Notes: generated by a model from the sequence alone, not told the origin. Shown: positions 22,398 through 34,924, numbered from the stretch's first letter. The stretch is 64,000 nucleotides of DNA from Veleropilina oligotropha (GCA_048128005.1 JBEUKZ010000019.1:62001-126000); one strand, 5' to 3'. Made by a program: numbers and translations.

Positions 22398-24430
22398 AGC
22401 ATTCTATTGACAGCTGGAATTGAATACTACTTTTTATGCTATGTAAGTCTACATGCCAATATTTATTTAATAATGATATAAATAATGTTTTTATTATATT
22501 TTGTCTAATATTAGATGCAAATAGCAATATATGAATTATAAATTTGATTTGATTTGACTACAATGCTGAATTGAACGGACCGCCAAAGAAATGCGTAATG
22601 TCAGTTTAGCATACGCATCGTTTTGATCGTTTATATACAGATCCATGTAAACAAATCTGCAGGTTCATCTGCGAGGACAGCTGCCAAAAGTAAGTGTATT
22701 TTAATGCTATTATTACATCAAAATATGGCGGGATTTGTACTGGCCTAGGCCTATATATTTGGCTACTCCCGAGTAAATAAAATGCGAAAACTGAGACGTG
22801 GACCTTTTTTATATACATAAAGTTACATCTGATAATTGTGAATGTAAAATCGCAACACTTTGGCGTAACTTGAGCACCTCACAGTCACACATTGATCTTG
22901 ATTTAGGATAGACAGCACGAAGGTTAGCGGTCACAGGGAAGCCCTCATAAAAATGGAAATTTGTTATTTTGGAACATTCCGTCACGCCGTCATTTCGGTG
23001 TAGCTCAAAATTGATTTCTGCACAACGGGAATGAAACTCAGCTCTCCGACTAATTGCATCAAACTACTAGTATTATCTCTTATTTATATTAGACCATACT
23101 CATATTTTATCCCTCTATTTAACAGTCGTGGTAACTTTCTGCAACCTGCTATTTTATTTATATCGCTGGGAAACACACCTGCTTCAGTCGGCTTTTGACT
23201 GATACCCCTCTCCAATATATTTTCAACTTGGTGTTGAACTACACATTCGGAACCAGCTAGTCATTGACTTTATTCATAAGAAACCATTGCATGATCTAGG
23301 CGATCATGACACCAGAATGATGCTCTTCAAAATTTGCCAATTTTAAGTTATATTATTTTGTAACTACATACACCTTATAGATAATTTAAATTAGGTCGTA
23401 TAAAATATATTCAAAATTCAGAATTATTAAAAGATAAAAAATATAAATACTTTCCAGAATACCTTCACTTTTCGAACGAGGCTTTTCTCACACAACAATC
23501 GAAACATGTCCTGGTATGATTTAGCTCTCCTTTATTGCAGTAGTTCATGGCGATCCTCTCTGAACCTATCAAATATTTTCTGTGGTGTCCATAGTTATCT
23601 TTCAATAACTCCTTTTTTAATTGTTGGACATTGAAACCCGCAATGAAATCTATTTGGGCACCTGCTGATATCCTTGGAGTTCTTGGAATGAATGTTGATA
23701 ATATGTACTGTATGTCTGTTACTAGTCACTTGCATGTTCTGGAAATTTGTTAACATTGTGTGGCAAAAATAAAAATGCAAATGTGTTTATGTATGCAAGT
23801 ATTCCATTGAAGATTCCCCTGTTTCATCATCCATGGCAACAAAGAATTAAAGGAGAAAGTCGCCAATGGTCATGATCCAGCGGCTGTGGCTGAACCCAGA
23901 AGTTTTTTATCATCCTGTATTAAGATTTATTGTTTACAACACTTAAACCCATATTATCAGGTGTTCCGACATCATGAACACTGATGACCAATTAACTTAT
24001 TGTATCGTATAATGTATGAGGTTATGTCCTTCTTTCGCCTATGAAATATCCTTTGCAGTGTTTATAGTTATCTTTCAATTATGTTTTTCTATTCATTGGG
24101 GTTTGAAATCTGGCAGTGAAATCTATTTGTGGCCTCTGGTGTAATTCTTGAGCATGTCCTCGTATGAAGCTAAAGGATGTTAATTAATTCATGTTTAACT
24201 GCCCTTTATTGTAGTATTTCATTGAAATCCTTCCTTGGATTATCTAATATGTTCTACAGTGTCTAGCATTATCTTTCAATTATGCCTGTTTTATATCCTT
24301 GTTGGACCTTGAAACCCACAGTTAATTCTATTTGGGGTCTGTTGTAATCCTTGGATTCTTGGTCAGAACAGGTCCGGCAAGTGCCGGACCAATATTTTGG
24401 CCAGTTGCGGATATTTGTCAAAGGTGGATC

Positions 24431-24579
24431 CAGTGTGAAACCTTTCCTGCATTCTGACAGTGCAAAACGCCATATTTATAACCATCAAAATTGTTACTGA
24501 ACCCCCTGTTCAGTAACAATTTTGATGGTTATAAATATGGCGTTTTGCAATGTCAGAATGCAGGAAAGGTTTCACACTG
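24431..24579. repeat. 149-bp foldback palindrome (MITE-like)
   Basis: CAGTGTGAAACC...GGTTTCACACTG arms, short loop, one mismatch; copy at 49602-49750. Confidence 0.9.
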
Positions 24580-26020
24580 TTAATTGTCAGAATTTTCCTC
24601 CGCATGCGGCCCCGCCCCCACGCAGATAATGTTAGAATACCCTGTTTATTACTAATATGTATGTAGTATAACGAGATGCCGTCATTGCATACGAGAGTGG
24701 TAGGCCTACCATCCCTTCATAATATTTGCCAGACCAATGTCAATTTGCTTCCGACGCCCCTGTGTACTATATATCTGTTTGTCACTTGTATGTTCTGTAA
24801 ATTAATGAACGATGCGTTGCGATAATGAAAATTCTGATGGATTTTAGTGTTTATCTACGCAAGTATTCCATTGTAGATTCCACTGTTTCATCATCCATGG
24901 TCACTAAAAGTAAGAAGAGAAAACTTGCCACTCATCAAATACAGCTGCTGCAGCAGAACCCAGAAGTCAACGTGTCCTTGGTAAGATATATTTTGATTAT
25001 ATTTTTATCATCCTGTATTCAGAGACAGATGGCATAGGTTGGGGCCAGGGACAGGAAGGACTGTACCTTCAACATGTGCTTTCAGCAGCGGTTCAACGAG
25101 AATATGACACAGTTTCAACTAAATCTTTCTATGTGGCATCTTTTGGCTATCTTGGCTTTATATGTATGATTTATCTATTGTTAATCCATTTTGACCTACG
25201 TTTCCATTGTATTAACTGTAGAATATTTTTCACGAATCCACTGCTACAAAATCATTGTGTCTGCTTGAAATACCAATTAAACAAGCGTTATGTGCATTAA
25301 TTCCATGCTATGGACGATTCCATTCCAGAAAATGAGGAAAGCATGTTTAACGCACTATATAATCCAAAGAGGTAGATTTATCTGCGGACGAGTCCATTCT
25401 AGTACACTTGGACACTGAAAAGAAAATATTAATTATTTTAACGCGTAGACAACATTTTTGCACTGACAACAAACTTCAAGCACATTAAATTCGTTACCCA
25501 AATGAAGAAAATGTAATACACGTTTAACGTTCAGAAGAATCTGGCAATACTCCATATAATGCTGTTGTTCATATGAACGATGTTCCATTGCTTTACTTTG
25601 AAACGCACACCGAGAGCTATTTAAATATTATATCACAGAAATGTCGTTAAAATACAACATATATTTGCAATATTATACTATACCTGATGCTCTCTGCAGA
25701 GGTAAATCCCACGTGTGCTCTGGTCAAAATTCTGAAGCCAAGTGTAGCGTGCTTTGAAATGTACAACATCGTGACGGGAATATATTTCGCCGTGCATGCC
25801 GGTATAATTGCACTTAACGAGCACATTAAACGTCTATTCATAACCATGATTAAGCGGCGCCTTCAACTAATTAGGAATGGGATCCGACAGGAGTTTTGGG
25901 AGAGTAAACCCCAATTCGTACAAAATTTCTATCGTATTGCTTTTAAATTGGCGATTTCATGTATATAATAATGTTTAAAATATAACAAATAGCTAATATT
26001 GTCAAAATGGATTAAGTAAG

Positions 26021-26120
26021 TTAACCCACATGGGACTGTTGATTCTTGAAAAATAATGCACTCGGGCCTGTCGGCCCTCGTGCATTATTTTTCAAGAATC
26101 AACAGTCCCATGTGGGTTAA
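26021..26120. repeat. About 100-bp palindrome with GCACTCGGGCCTGTCGGCCCTCGTGC core
   Basis: TTAACCCACATGGGAC...GTCCCATGTGGGTTAA arms; copy at about 48058-48157. Confidence 0.9.
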
Positions 26121-26129
26121 CCTATACAT

Positions 26130-27130
26130 AATAGCTAGTTCAATCAGCGGACAGAATTTTTTTTTCCACCATTTCATGGATGCCCTGTTCAAGGAATAGT
26201 AGGACAGCAGTTGAACGTTGCAGTCTACACCATTTATGTACCAGTTAACCGTTGTATTCTGGTATAACTTATGGCTTATGTGGCTCGTCGCTGCAACTCT
26301 CTTGCCATGAAAGGTTGAAATCATGAACACATCGCGCTTATCTTTGCATTGACTCTCCCCTCTTGTATTTTGCCTAAGTAGTTGTTCGCAACTCTATTGG
26401 GTAACCGTTCCGGTTTTGCCGAACTTTTCCGTATGTGTGGGTTTTCAAAGTGAGCAAATGTGTGCTAAGGGGAACAATAAATATTATCAGTGAATAACCG
26501 ATGACCAGAATTAACATATGGTTGCAATAAGTCGCAAACAGTTCTTTGCGATAAGCCGACTTCTGCTGTGTTGTCTTCTTTTCCAGTATAAATTGGAAAA
26601 TTGCATGCATATATCCATTGTGGGTATCGCACAGGACCCAATTCTTGACGCCAAATTGTATGGGTTTTGCTGGCACATACTGTATAAATCCATTTGTTAC
26701 ATCTCATCTGTTCATCTCCTGTAATTTTTCTGGATGAGACTGGAAGATTGAAATTAATTTATCGATAATCGGTCTAAGCTTTGCAAATTTGTCATTAGTA
26801 TAATTTAATTCATCAGAAACATGCAGATAGCGTGAAATTAGCTCAGGCGAGGCATAACGAAGGGGAACCATGGATAATAAATAATGGGGTCGGTAGCAAA
26901 GAAGCTGTCAATCTGAGGAAGACGAACAATGTCCATGGCTATGTTCATGCTTAGGTATGCCAGCATATTTCTTCTCGCGTTACAGGAGACCATTCCATTG
27001 TTGAAGGTTTTCGTTGCCTAGAAATTTCTGCATGTTTATTTGTCTCCATGGTAAGTATATCTATGATCTCATTGGTCAAGAAGAGCTACAGGTGACCTAG
27101 GATATCTGCTATCACCAAATTCTCCGCTGT
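26130..27130 (-). pseudogene. Degenerate piggyBac transposase fragment
   Basis: Frameshifted motifs MPAKPIQFGVKNWVLCD..NGY, IYTGK, GHRLFTDN.Y.SP, GKVRQNR.G.P, VFMISTFH, LSYY...R.SMKWWKK. Confidence 0.85.
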
Positions 27131-29130
27131 TTATTTCGGCCCAGGATCCCTGGTGGATATGTAATCAGCATATGGGTGTTGGTCCCAATTCGACTTTGCT
27201 GTCCCAGTCAGAATCAGATCGATCTGCTTGACCTGAGTCAGGCATTTGCATCTGGAGACTTTCTTTTAACAGTCACAGTGATGTGTAAATTCCCGGGACT
27301 AAATAGATTTCCAGGTGAATATGGCGAGTTTCTGATAAAGGGGATATAAATGTGCTCTCCGTAGCATATAGGAGTGGTATGGCAATAACGTTCATGTGCG
27401 CTAAACTCATTTATATTTGTTTGTATAAAAACATTCTTTATTTATTTTCCAGGGGGAAAAACGCGGTTGAGCACAGAAATAAAACTTGTTGAAGACCATT
27501 ATAAAGATGCCATCGAAATGAAACATGTTCCTAAGAAATCAGAATATTTATCATGGAGTAAATCTGTTGGACTATAAAAGGGGTGGAAGCAATTTTATGA
27601 TTGTTATATGTAAAAGTACATTGTGAGTAACATGACATTGTAGCAATGTTGTATTTGGAACTTATATATCGATGATGATGTAAAGTTCTACAAGCAATAT
27701 CAGATTTAGTGAAAGCATTTTATGATACAAAGTTTATTATTAACATATTCTAGTTTTATGAGCTGATCTGTAATGACTTCTGTTAAAGTTTACACATTTT
27801 AATATGTTCATGAAATTTGCCATTTCATATTACCTAAGCAGAGAGCTCATTTTTAGGTACCTGTTAAGGTCGCATTATTTAACTTATTATTTTCATTCTA
27901 ATGGATTTAATGTAAAAACACTGAGTTGATAGATAGAGATCGAGAATGAAATAACGAGTGAAAAATTGAGATATAAGAGAAAAACGCGAATGAATAAATG
28001 AGCATGAAATTATGTGCACATGTAAATAGTATTTTGATTACAGTATTATGAATTTGTATTGTGTTTATATTATAGGATAGGAGTGCTTGTAGATTAATTT
28101 AATATGATATGTTGATTAACCTATGCATTTGTGTTGTACAGGATTTACCTTGGAAGTTGATATACGATTGATAAAGATACGTATTTATAATGTCATTATT
28201 GAAAAGTGCGATTCCAAGTGAAAGAACCTACATTGTTTGGTGTTTTATAATAAAAAAATCACTACTGAAATCGTTCATCTATCCGCCATTATAATTATCA
28301 AGGATTCAACCATTTCGTGCAGATTCGTCCATTTTTTAGTATACTTTTTATCAAACATGCAGACGCCACCTCAAATATGAATAATTTATTTATCTAATTT
28401 GCATGTAATGTGACAGTATTGTAAAATAGTAAATCAGTAATAATTTTATAGGTCAATTTTCCACAATCCTCAAGTTAACTTCGACATGCAGTGCCCAACT
28501 TGACCAAATTTCCTTCGACGAACGTCCGTCGCTCCAATAATAAAACAGAACCCGGTTTAATTATTTTTTTATTCATAAGTACTCTAGGGACATCGTCTAT
28601 TGAATTTTTTGGAGAAATTGCAAACTTTCTAACTTTGGCTAAGTGGCAAAAATACATTTGCGGTCTAGGGTTTAAAATTAAAAGCATTTATTGCTACTTG
28701 AATATTTCATAATGACATATTAATTATATAAGTATAATAATGGTAATTATTGGCAATCAAATATGTAACATTATATTTATTATGGTATATTTAATATATA
28801 CTACTTATTACTATAATTATATTATTGTTTATAATTACTGTAAGATTATGGCTATGGTGCAACATTAAAGAGTTTAACTGCATTATGTTCTATTTTTATA
28901 AAGATCCCCCATACCCCAGAAAATACTTCGCGACAGTATTCCTATTTCACTTTATTTATTTTCATTTGCATCAGTTTTAGTTCTATGACCGTATTTTAAC
29001 AATTTTTCAATCGTATTGTATTTATGGTTCATTGTTTAAGATCTTTATCCAATTAGACGTTTCTGTCTACATGTGAAATAGACAGGATACACAGGAAAAA
29101 ATTCTGCAATGCACCCGGGGGTAGAACTCT

Positions 29131-29215
29131 GGTCTCACTCCATGATCCTATATCATAAGGTCTCGCTCCATGATCCTATATCATAAGGTCTCGCTCCATG
29201 ATCCTATATCATAAT
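29131..29215. repeat. 29-bp tandem repeat x3
   Basis: GGTCTCRCTCCATGATCCTATATCATAA repeated. Confidence 0.85.
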
Positions 29216-29453
29216 AACACAGACCACTTGCGAAAAGTACTGTACCTACCATATTGCATGTTAATCCATCATATAAAAGAAAAACATATTTGAAGCAACC
29301 ATCCAGGGATGGAAAGCAGAACGTTTCAAGTATCCGAGCTGTGTGGTGTCAACCTACTTGTCTAGTTGTTTAAATTACAGTTTTCCAAAAATGCTAAATT
29401 TGCAAATGGTTTGAATCAGTGCTTCATTTATCAGCCGTAATGGTAAAAAAACT

Positions 29454-29535
29454 GTCCTCTATAGCTCAACTGGTTAGAACGTCGGAAAAACGTTGTGGGA
29501 TGGTAGGATGTGGGTTCAAACCCGCTCCGGCCTGG
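29454..29535 (+). mobile_element. tRNA-derived SINE head / tRNA-like remnant
   Basis: A box TAGCTCAACTGG, B box GGTTCAAACCC; anticodon arm not canonical. Confidence 0.45.
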
Positions 29536-30098
29536 CTTATTCTAAGGCTTAAGTTTAATAGATGGCATATCCCTAATGTATGTCGGTCAGATCGGAGTGA
29601 GACCTTGAAACCGGGTGTCGCGACCGCGTTAAGTCAATATTATTGCAGGATGAAATTGCATACAGTTAACGACCAATATTTACTGTTAACTCCCATAGAG
29701 GTTTGTACCGACTCGGGTGAAGTCGGTGCTAACAACTTCATTAACCCACATGGGCAAGTTTTGTTTAAAGAAACGAGTGGACATGCACTTTCTCAAAGTT
29801 AAAACAAACAGAACAGTTATTCAAAACCCCGTGGGCATTGAACACCTTACTGGATCCTGTATATTTATAACCACCAGGATATGACAGTAGGCTGCCCGGA
29901 GAACTCTTAGCGCTCTGCTGTTACCCAGAGCAGTCAAGCCAGTTGGCACATCATCGTGATTGATATGATACAGGTATGAAGTGTTCATCACTGATAACTG
30001 GCACACGATTTGTGTAACATAATTGGATAAATAATTTCAATTTTAAATTGTCACCTATACGTTCTGCGAGAGTACGATGGCATATAAAGTTACGCCTA

Positions 30099-30261
30099 AG
30101 CAGCAGGGGGGGTGACCATACCTTTTATGTGGGGGCGCGGCGAGGGAAATTAAGGCTCCCAGCACTTTTTCAGAATTAATATGGATCTCAACTCAGCAGC
30201 AGGGGGGGTCAGTGTACTTTTTAGAATGGGAAAATACAGCGCCCAGCACCATTTCAGAACT
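30099..30261 (+). repeat. E2 left TIR
   Basis: Reverse complement of 45834-45997 apart from one G-run length difference. Confidence 0.95.
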
Positions 30262-30436
30262 CAGGGTAGCTCGGACTAGTCAGCAGGGGAGTTTAGACTA
30301 GGGCCCGGGGCGACCGGGAAGGCTCCCAGCTATATTTCAGACCCCAGGGTATATCGTGTATTACAAAAAAGTTACCGTGTGTACAGCGACATAGAGCCCC
30401 CAGGGACGGCCCACTACCCTCGCCGGCCCGGGCTCC

Positions 30437-30787
30437 TCAGTTATGCGAGCAGTAGCAGGGGGGGTGAGTTTGATTTCGTGCAACTCCCTTTCTACCGTCT
30501 TTGGTCTTCTTCTTATATATCGCTTGTTCACCATTGTCGAGTACAACGATCAAAACGTTATAGCCCCGGTTTAAGAGGTTTTTAACGCGCCTGAAGCTCC
30601 GTTCGCTGTACAGCGTAATAATGTCTTCCTGTGGCATGTTGCTTTCAAGTATAACTACACAACGTCTAACATGCCGGTTATTTCTCACCGTGCACCGGGC
30701 TCGATATCTTAGTGTCATAATATCTATTAGAGACTGGTATATACAATGATAACCGCTATCAATATGTGGGGAACGGACACCTGTCAA
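30437..30787 (-). CDS. Small terminal ORF (RHVRRCVVILESNMPQEDI... family), start uncertain
   Basis: Core shared with E1 5092-5394. Confidence 0.35.
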   Translation of the reverse strand: MTGVRSPHIDSGYHCIYQSLIDIMTLRYRARCTVRNNRHVRRCVVILESNMPQEDIITLYSERSFRRVKNLLNRGYNVLIVVLDNGEQAIYKKKTKDGRKGVARNQTHPPCYCSHN

Positions 30788-31039
30788 TGGCTCACCATCA
30801 GCTCCACGGAGCTATGTGGTAAGAGATGTCTGAACACGTATTGCAAAGTCCATCTGGCTCGGCAACGGCGAAATGGCCGGGGCACAAAACCCTGCAGCAA
30901 ATGCGGGAAGGGCGTTTTCAACCGGCTTACGTTGTGTAAGGGCTGTGGGTATAAGAGTGAGAACGGTATGGACTGGCAACGAAAGAAAAGGGCCTTCGAG
31001 AGAGAGTTTCTCCGCATGGCTGCAATTTACCACGCGTAA
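30764..31039 (+). CDS. Cys-rich Zn-finger-like protein (91 aa)
   Basis: Homolog of E1 and E3 ORFs; all Cys/His conserved. Confidence 0.75.
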   Translation: MWGTDTCQWLTISSTELCGKRCLNTYCKVHLARQRRNGRGTKPCSKCGKGVFNRLTLCKGCGYKSENGMDWQRKKRAFEREFLRMAAIYHA

Positions 31040-31087
31040 ATTTCATATTAGAGAAGTAAAGATCCTAGTGTGTACCCCCCCAGCAAC

Positions 31088-34000
31088 ATGGATGACCTGC
31101 GCAATCTAGCGAAAGATTATGGGATTCCCGCTCGGTCGAAGCTCAAGAAGCACGACCTCGTCAGGGCAATCGCCAGGGTCCGTGCTGCGGAGTTTCGGAG
31201 CAGACTCGAGCGGGCGATGAAAACGGGAAGGTTCCCCTCCATACGTGGAGATGTGGAGAACCCCCACAAAAGAGGCCGACGTGCTCGCGAGTTGCGGCAG
31301 ATTAAGGACGAGGTCGACGCCGCCCTGCAGGCTCGTAAATACGAATCCCAGGCTGAGAAAAATCCCAGGATTCGACTGAAGCCACTTCGCGCCATCACGG
31401 ATCGAATCGTCAAGCGGTCTCGGAAAGTGACCCTTGCCCATGCTATTGCTCGGAAGGGGCCCGATCTTCTCATCTCCAAAACGCCCCGGACAGCCCAGGA
31501 CTACCAGAAGGATCTTCTAGGGCAATTTACCACACCCGAGGGACAACGATTCATCGACCTGGATGACCAGGTCCCTCCCCCAGTAAGGCTCCCAGCAAAA
31601 GAGCCATGGGTGGAACTCTTGAGCGACGCCAAAGACGAGTTTGAGGTCGATGGTGCCGCGGCGGCTTTCTCCACATGGAGGGTAGAAGTGGCTGGACGGC
31701 TGGCCCTGGATGCCCGTATGACAGATGCAAGGGCGGCACAGCTCCTCACAGCCCTTCCAAAGGGCGAGTATGTCCTTAGAATAAAGTTCTTGCGTGAGTG
31801 GGGTGAAGGTGACTGGGTGGTCGAAGACAAGTTTGACCCGGTGAAAGCTGCGAGGAAGAAGGGCCAGGGTGTCTTTGAGATCTCTCAGGACACTAAGCCG
31901 GGTGCTATCACTGGGGTCGACAAGGTCTACTACGAGAATGCCTACCCGGTCACTGCAGTCGTCTACGGCGTCTATCCTCTCAGAGAACCAAACCCCGCCA
32001 ACCTGGTTCCGATGAAGAACGGCGACCTCAACGGCGTTGCCCAACGAGTGGTTGAGCACTTCGAAGGTGCCCTTAGAGGACACGGACTCACCCCGACAAG
32101 GCGGCAGAAAATACTGGAGTGGGAAGAGCGAGTTCATGTAACAGGCGCCACTGTGGATGATATAGCTACCCTCGAGAAGATCCTCAAACGGGCGATCACC
32201 TTGAGAGACATTGCAGGTGCCGACATCTTCAACAGTGGGAAATACCAGGCCAGTATGTGGAAGTCCATAGAACTCATCTGTCACAACGGCCACGCCTGGT
32301 CGAAGGACCTACACTTTCCGCAGTCTCGCGAGGTCCACCTGTATGAGGGCGATGTCTGGGAAGCTATTCGACAAGCCACACAGAATGAGCCATTGGCTGT
32401 CTGGCTCCTAGGCGGTAAAGACCGACAGCTCGGCGTGGACCAGTTCGTGCTGCAAGATGGCCGCACGTACCGGACAAAAGAGGCTCACGAGAGACTTCAA
32501 GAAGCCTGTACAGCGCTGGGGAATGAGTCCCTAGCCGATCGAGCCTTTGGCGAGAACCATGCAGCTAGCATTATGGCTAAGGAGACTAACGGCTGGAAAC
32601 CTACCCCAGCGGGCCTGCTCGATGATATCCAGAAGGCCTGCGTAGAGCATGGCCACGGCGGTCTCTGGAATTCCATGAATTACGACACGAGCGATGTCTG
32701 CTGCATCGATATGAAAGCCTGCTACCCTGCCAGCTTTCTGGGGAAGGGTGAGGCTAAGCCCTATTTCGAAAGATTCGGACACCCACTCCACAGCATGACC
32801 CGGGTCGCAATTAACGGTCCTCTACCCCAAGATATCGGGACCGGGTTTGCTGAGGTCGTGGAATGGGAGTTCGCACAAGACATCCACCCCGTCATTGTAG
32901 CATGGTTCGGAAAGCACTTTGCAGAGAATGGATGGGCACCCACCCCGCTGCTCGCCTTCCTCGTAGACTCTGGACTGCTAAAAAGCCTCAAGATCCGAGA
33001 GGCCATCATCGCGTTCAAAAACCAGACCGATGTCTGGCTTCCGGAGAATCGTGACCAGGGCTGCAGCATTATCGGCAAATTCACCCAAGGCGCCAAAGCC
33101 GATGGCAAACGATTGACACGTAGACTGGTGACCGACCAGGGTGAGCTCGACTTCCTCGTAAGAGACACCCGCCAAAGCGGCACCCTGGTTGGCGCTCCTC
33201 AGAGATGCCCCCTCGGTCACATCCTCACGTACTATGATGGCTCCCAGCCTCAGTACGCCCACCTGAGGGCATCCATGTTGGCCTATGCACACATAAACCT
33301 CTTGAGCATGCTGAAGCGTTTCAGTGCAGCAGAAGCCGTCCGGGTAGCCACGGACAGCATCTACCTCAAGAAGGCCTCGTTGGAGAAGCTCGACGATGTC
33401 ATGGTGTACGTTGCCCCCAGACTCTGCGGCTGTGGCGAGAAATCGTGCATCTCATGTCTGATCGCGGAGCCGTACCTTCCGCCAGTAGCACCAGCCCAGT
33501 GGCGTGACAAGGGCGAACAGCTGTATATGCCACAGGAACATGCCGCATACCTACCCAAGCCAGAGTATTGTTGTGCCGCCAATTCCAGCCAGCCGAGCAC
33601 CGCGCCATGCTACAATGACACACTGACCCACCATCGCCTGAGTTACCTCAACGGTGGAGGGGGCTGTGGCAAGACTACGAGAGCGATCGAGCTCTTCCGG
33701 GCAAGGAATCCCGTCGTGTTCACACCAACCCACCGCCTCGCTAAAGAGATGCGGACCAGAGGCGTCAAAGCCCAGACCTACCACAGCTTCTTCCGATGGA
33801 GCGGCCAGAACGACTGGACGCCTGATCGCATGGGTCAGAAGTTCATCCCGCGCGTCATTATCTGGGACGAGGTCTGTACTGTTCCCCGGCACATCCTAGA
33901 GATGTTCTTGGACTGGCTGGGCCGCCACGAAGTGCAGGTTATCTGCTGTGGTGATCAAGGCCAGCCACCACCGATTACGGGCGAGATGCCGCACGATTGG

Positions 34001-34924
34001 CTGCGAAAGACCGCGGACTACTATGAAGAGATCGAAGTAGACTACAGGGCGAAAGACGACCCTGCCCTCCAAGCCCTGAAAAGACGTATCCGTCTCCAGC
34101 CCGACAAAGTCCAGTGCGACGAGATGCGACGGACCCTCCCCAGCTGCCTCGGATGGGACCGGTTCGTCAACACCTGGAAGCCAGGCGACCTAATCCTCAC
34201 AAGCCGTCAGAAGGTCTGCGAACGGGCTCAAGAGCTGTTGCTCCAGAGGCACAAGGAGCACTTCCCAGACTCCATGGTGCCTATCCTGTACCACCCCAGG
34301 GACAGCAGAAAACAGAACATCATGGTAACCATTCCGGGCACCAGCGACAGAGAGGAGCTAGTTCTGAACGACGTCGTCGAGGTCACCATTGAGGCCGCTG
34401 AGCGGGCTATCCTGACCCCGGATTGGCGCCTGGGCTATGCTCTCACCATCCATTCGAGCCAGGGTCTTACGATTCACGACCCACAGAAAGTCTGGATCAT
34501 CGACGACTACCTTCAGTGGAGTAATCTCGCCTACCTAGCCGTGTCCCGGGTGGAGCTGCTGCGTCAGCTCGAACGAGTAACCTGTCCACCGGATGAGGGT
34601 TCTGAGGACAGGCCCCGGCCCCAAACCGAGCAACAGCTCCGAAAGACCATCCAGAAAAAGCTTGTGGCGTACAAACGCCAGGACCAGGCAACGGGACTCC
34701 CGGGGTTTAACCTCAAGGTCGACGACATCCTGCGGCTCCGAGAGGCCCAAAACAACCGCTGCGCAGCATGCAACATAGAGCTGCTCTGGGCATATTCCCC
34801 GAAGGACACACAGCAGTTCAGTGTCGACCGTGTGGACAACAGCAGGGGCCACACCCGCGACAACGTGCGCTTAACGTGTCTGGAATGTAACCGGAAACGA
34901 GGATTTGCGGTTGCTAACGCCTGA
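31088..34924 (+). CDS. Replicase: HEH/Rho-N-like N-terminus + divergent family-B DNA polymerase + SF1 helicase + HNH-type nuclease
   Basis: HGHGG..CIDMKACYPAS (motif A), IIGKF, VATDSIY (motif C); GGGGCGKTT, IIWDE, GDQGQPPP, YALTIHSSQGLT, YLAVSR; CAAC..DRVDN..GH..NV..CLECN. Confidence 0.85.
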   Translation: MDDLRNLAKDYGIPARSKLKKHDLVRAIARVRAAEFRSRLERAMKTGRFPSIRGDVENPHKRGRRARELRQIKDEVDAALQARKYESQAEKNPRIRLKPLRAITDRIVKRSRKVTLAHAIARKGPDLLISKTPRTAQDYQKDLLGQFTTPEGQRFIDLDDQVPPPVRLPAKEPWVELLSDAKDEFEVDGAAAAFSTWRVEVAGRLALDARMTDARAAQLLTALPKGEYVLRIKFLREWGEGDWVVEDKFDPVKAARKKGQGVFEISQDTKPGAITGVDKVYYENAYPVTAVVYGVYPLREPNPANLVPMKNGDLNGVAQRVVEHFEGALRGHGLTPTRRQKILEWEERVHVTGATVDDIATLEKILKRAITLRDIAGADIFNSGKYQASMWKSIELICHNGHAWSKDLHFPQSREVHLYEGDVWEAIRQATQNEPLAVWLLGGKDRQLGVDQFVLQDGRTYRTKEAHERLQEACTALGNESLADRAFGENHAASIMAKETNGWKPTPAGLLDDIQKACVEHGHGGLWNSMNYDTSDVCCIDMKACYPASFLGKGEAKPYFERFGHPLHSMTRVAINGPLPQDIGTGFAEVVEWEFAQDIHPVIVAWFGKHFAENGWAPTPLLAFLVDSGLLKSLKIREAIIAFKNQTDVWLPENRDQGCSIIGKFTQGAKADGKRLTRRLVTDQGELDFLVRDTRQSGTLVGAPQRCPLGHILTYYDGSQPQYAHLRASMLAYAHINLLSMLKRFSAAEAVRVATDSIYLKKASLEKLDDVMVYVAPRLCGCGEKSCISCLIAEPYLPPVAPAQWRDKGEQLYMPQEHAAYLPKPEYCCAANSSQPSTAPCYNDTLTHHRLSYLNGGGGCGKTTRAIELFRARNPVVFTPTHRLAKEMRTRGVKAQTYHSFFRWSGQNDWTPDRMGQKFIPRVIIWDEVCTVPRHILEMFLDWLGRHEVQVICCGDQGQPPPITGEMPHDWLRKTADYYEEIEVDYRAKDDPALQALKRRIRLQPDKVQCDEMRRTLPSCLGWDRFVNTWKPGDLILTSRQKVCERAQELLLQRHKEHFPDSMVPILYHPRDSRKQNIMVTIPGTSDREELVLNDVVEVTIEAAERAILTPDWRLGYALTIHSSQGLTIHDPQKVWIIDDYLQWSNLAYLAVSRVELLRQLERVTCPPDEGSEDRPRPQTEQQLRKTIQKKLVAYKRQDQATGLPGFNLKVDDILRLREAQNNRCAACNIELLWAYSPKDTQQFSVDRVDNSRGHTRDNVRLTCLECNRKRGFAVANA

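Larger units (their letters stand above)
22770..26127 (+). repeat. Arm 1 of a 3.36-kb inverted duplication
   Basis: Near-identical reverse complement of 48051-51411. Confidence 0.93.

Noticed and set aside
21161..22527. ORFs over the second satellite
   Set aside because: Repeat-derived translations without protein motifs.
24825..25968. Short ORFs conserved between 25 kb and 48-49 kb
   Set aside because: Conservation reflects the recent DNA duplication, not coding constraint; no recognisable domains.
29454..29535. Functional tRNA gene (also 3575-3640)
   Set aside because: A/B boxes are present but acceptor and anticodon stems do not form convincingly.
31088..34924. Helitron RepHel interpretation of the helicase fusion
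   Set aside because: No HUH/Y2 Rep motifs seen; polymerase-like motifs precede the helicase; element has TIRs and a TSD.
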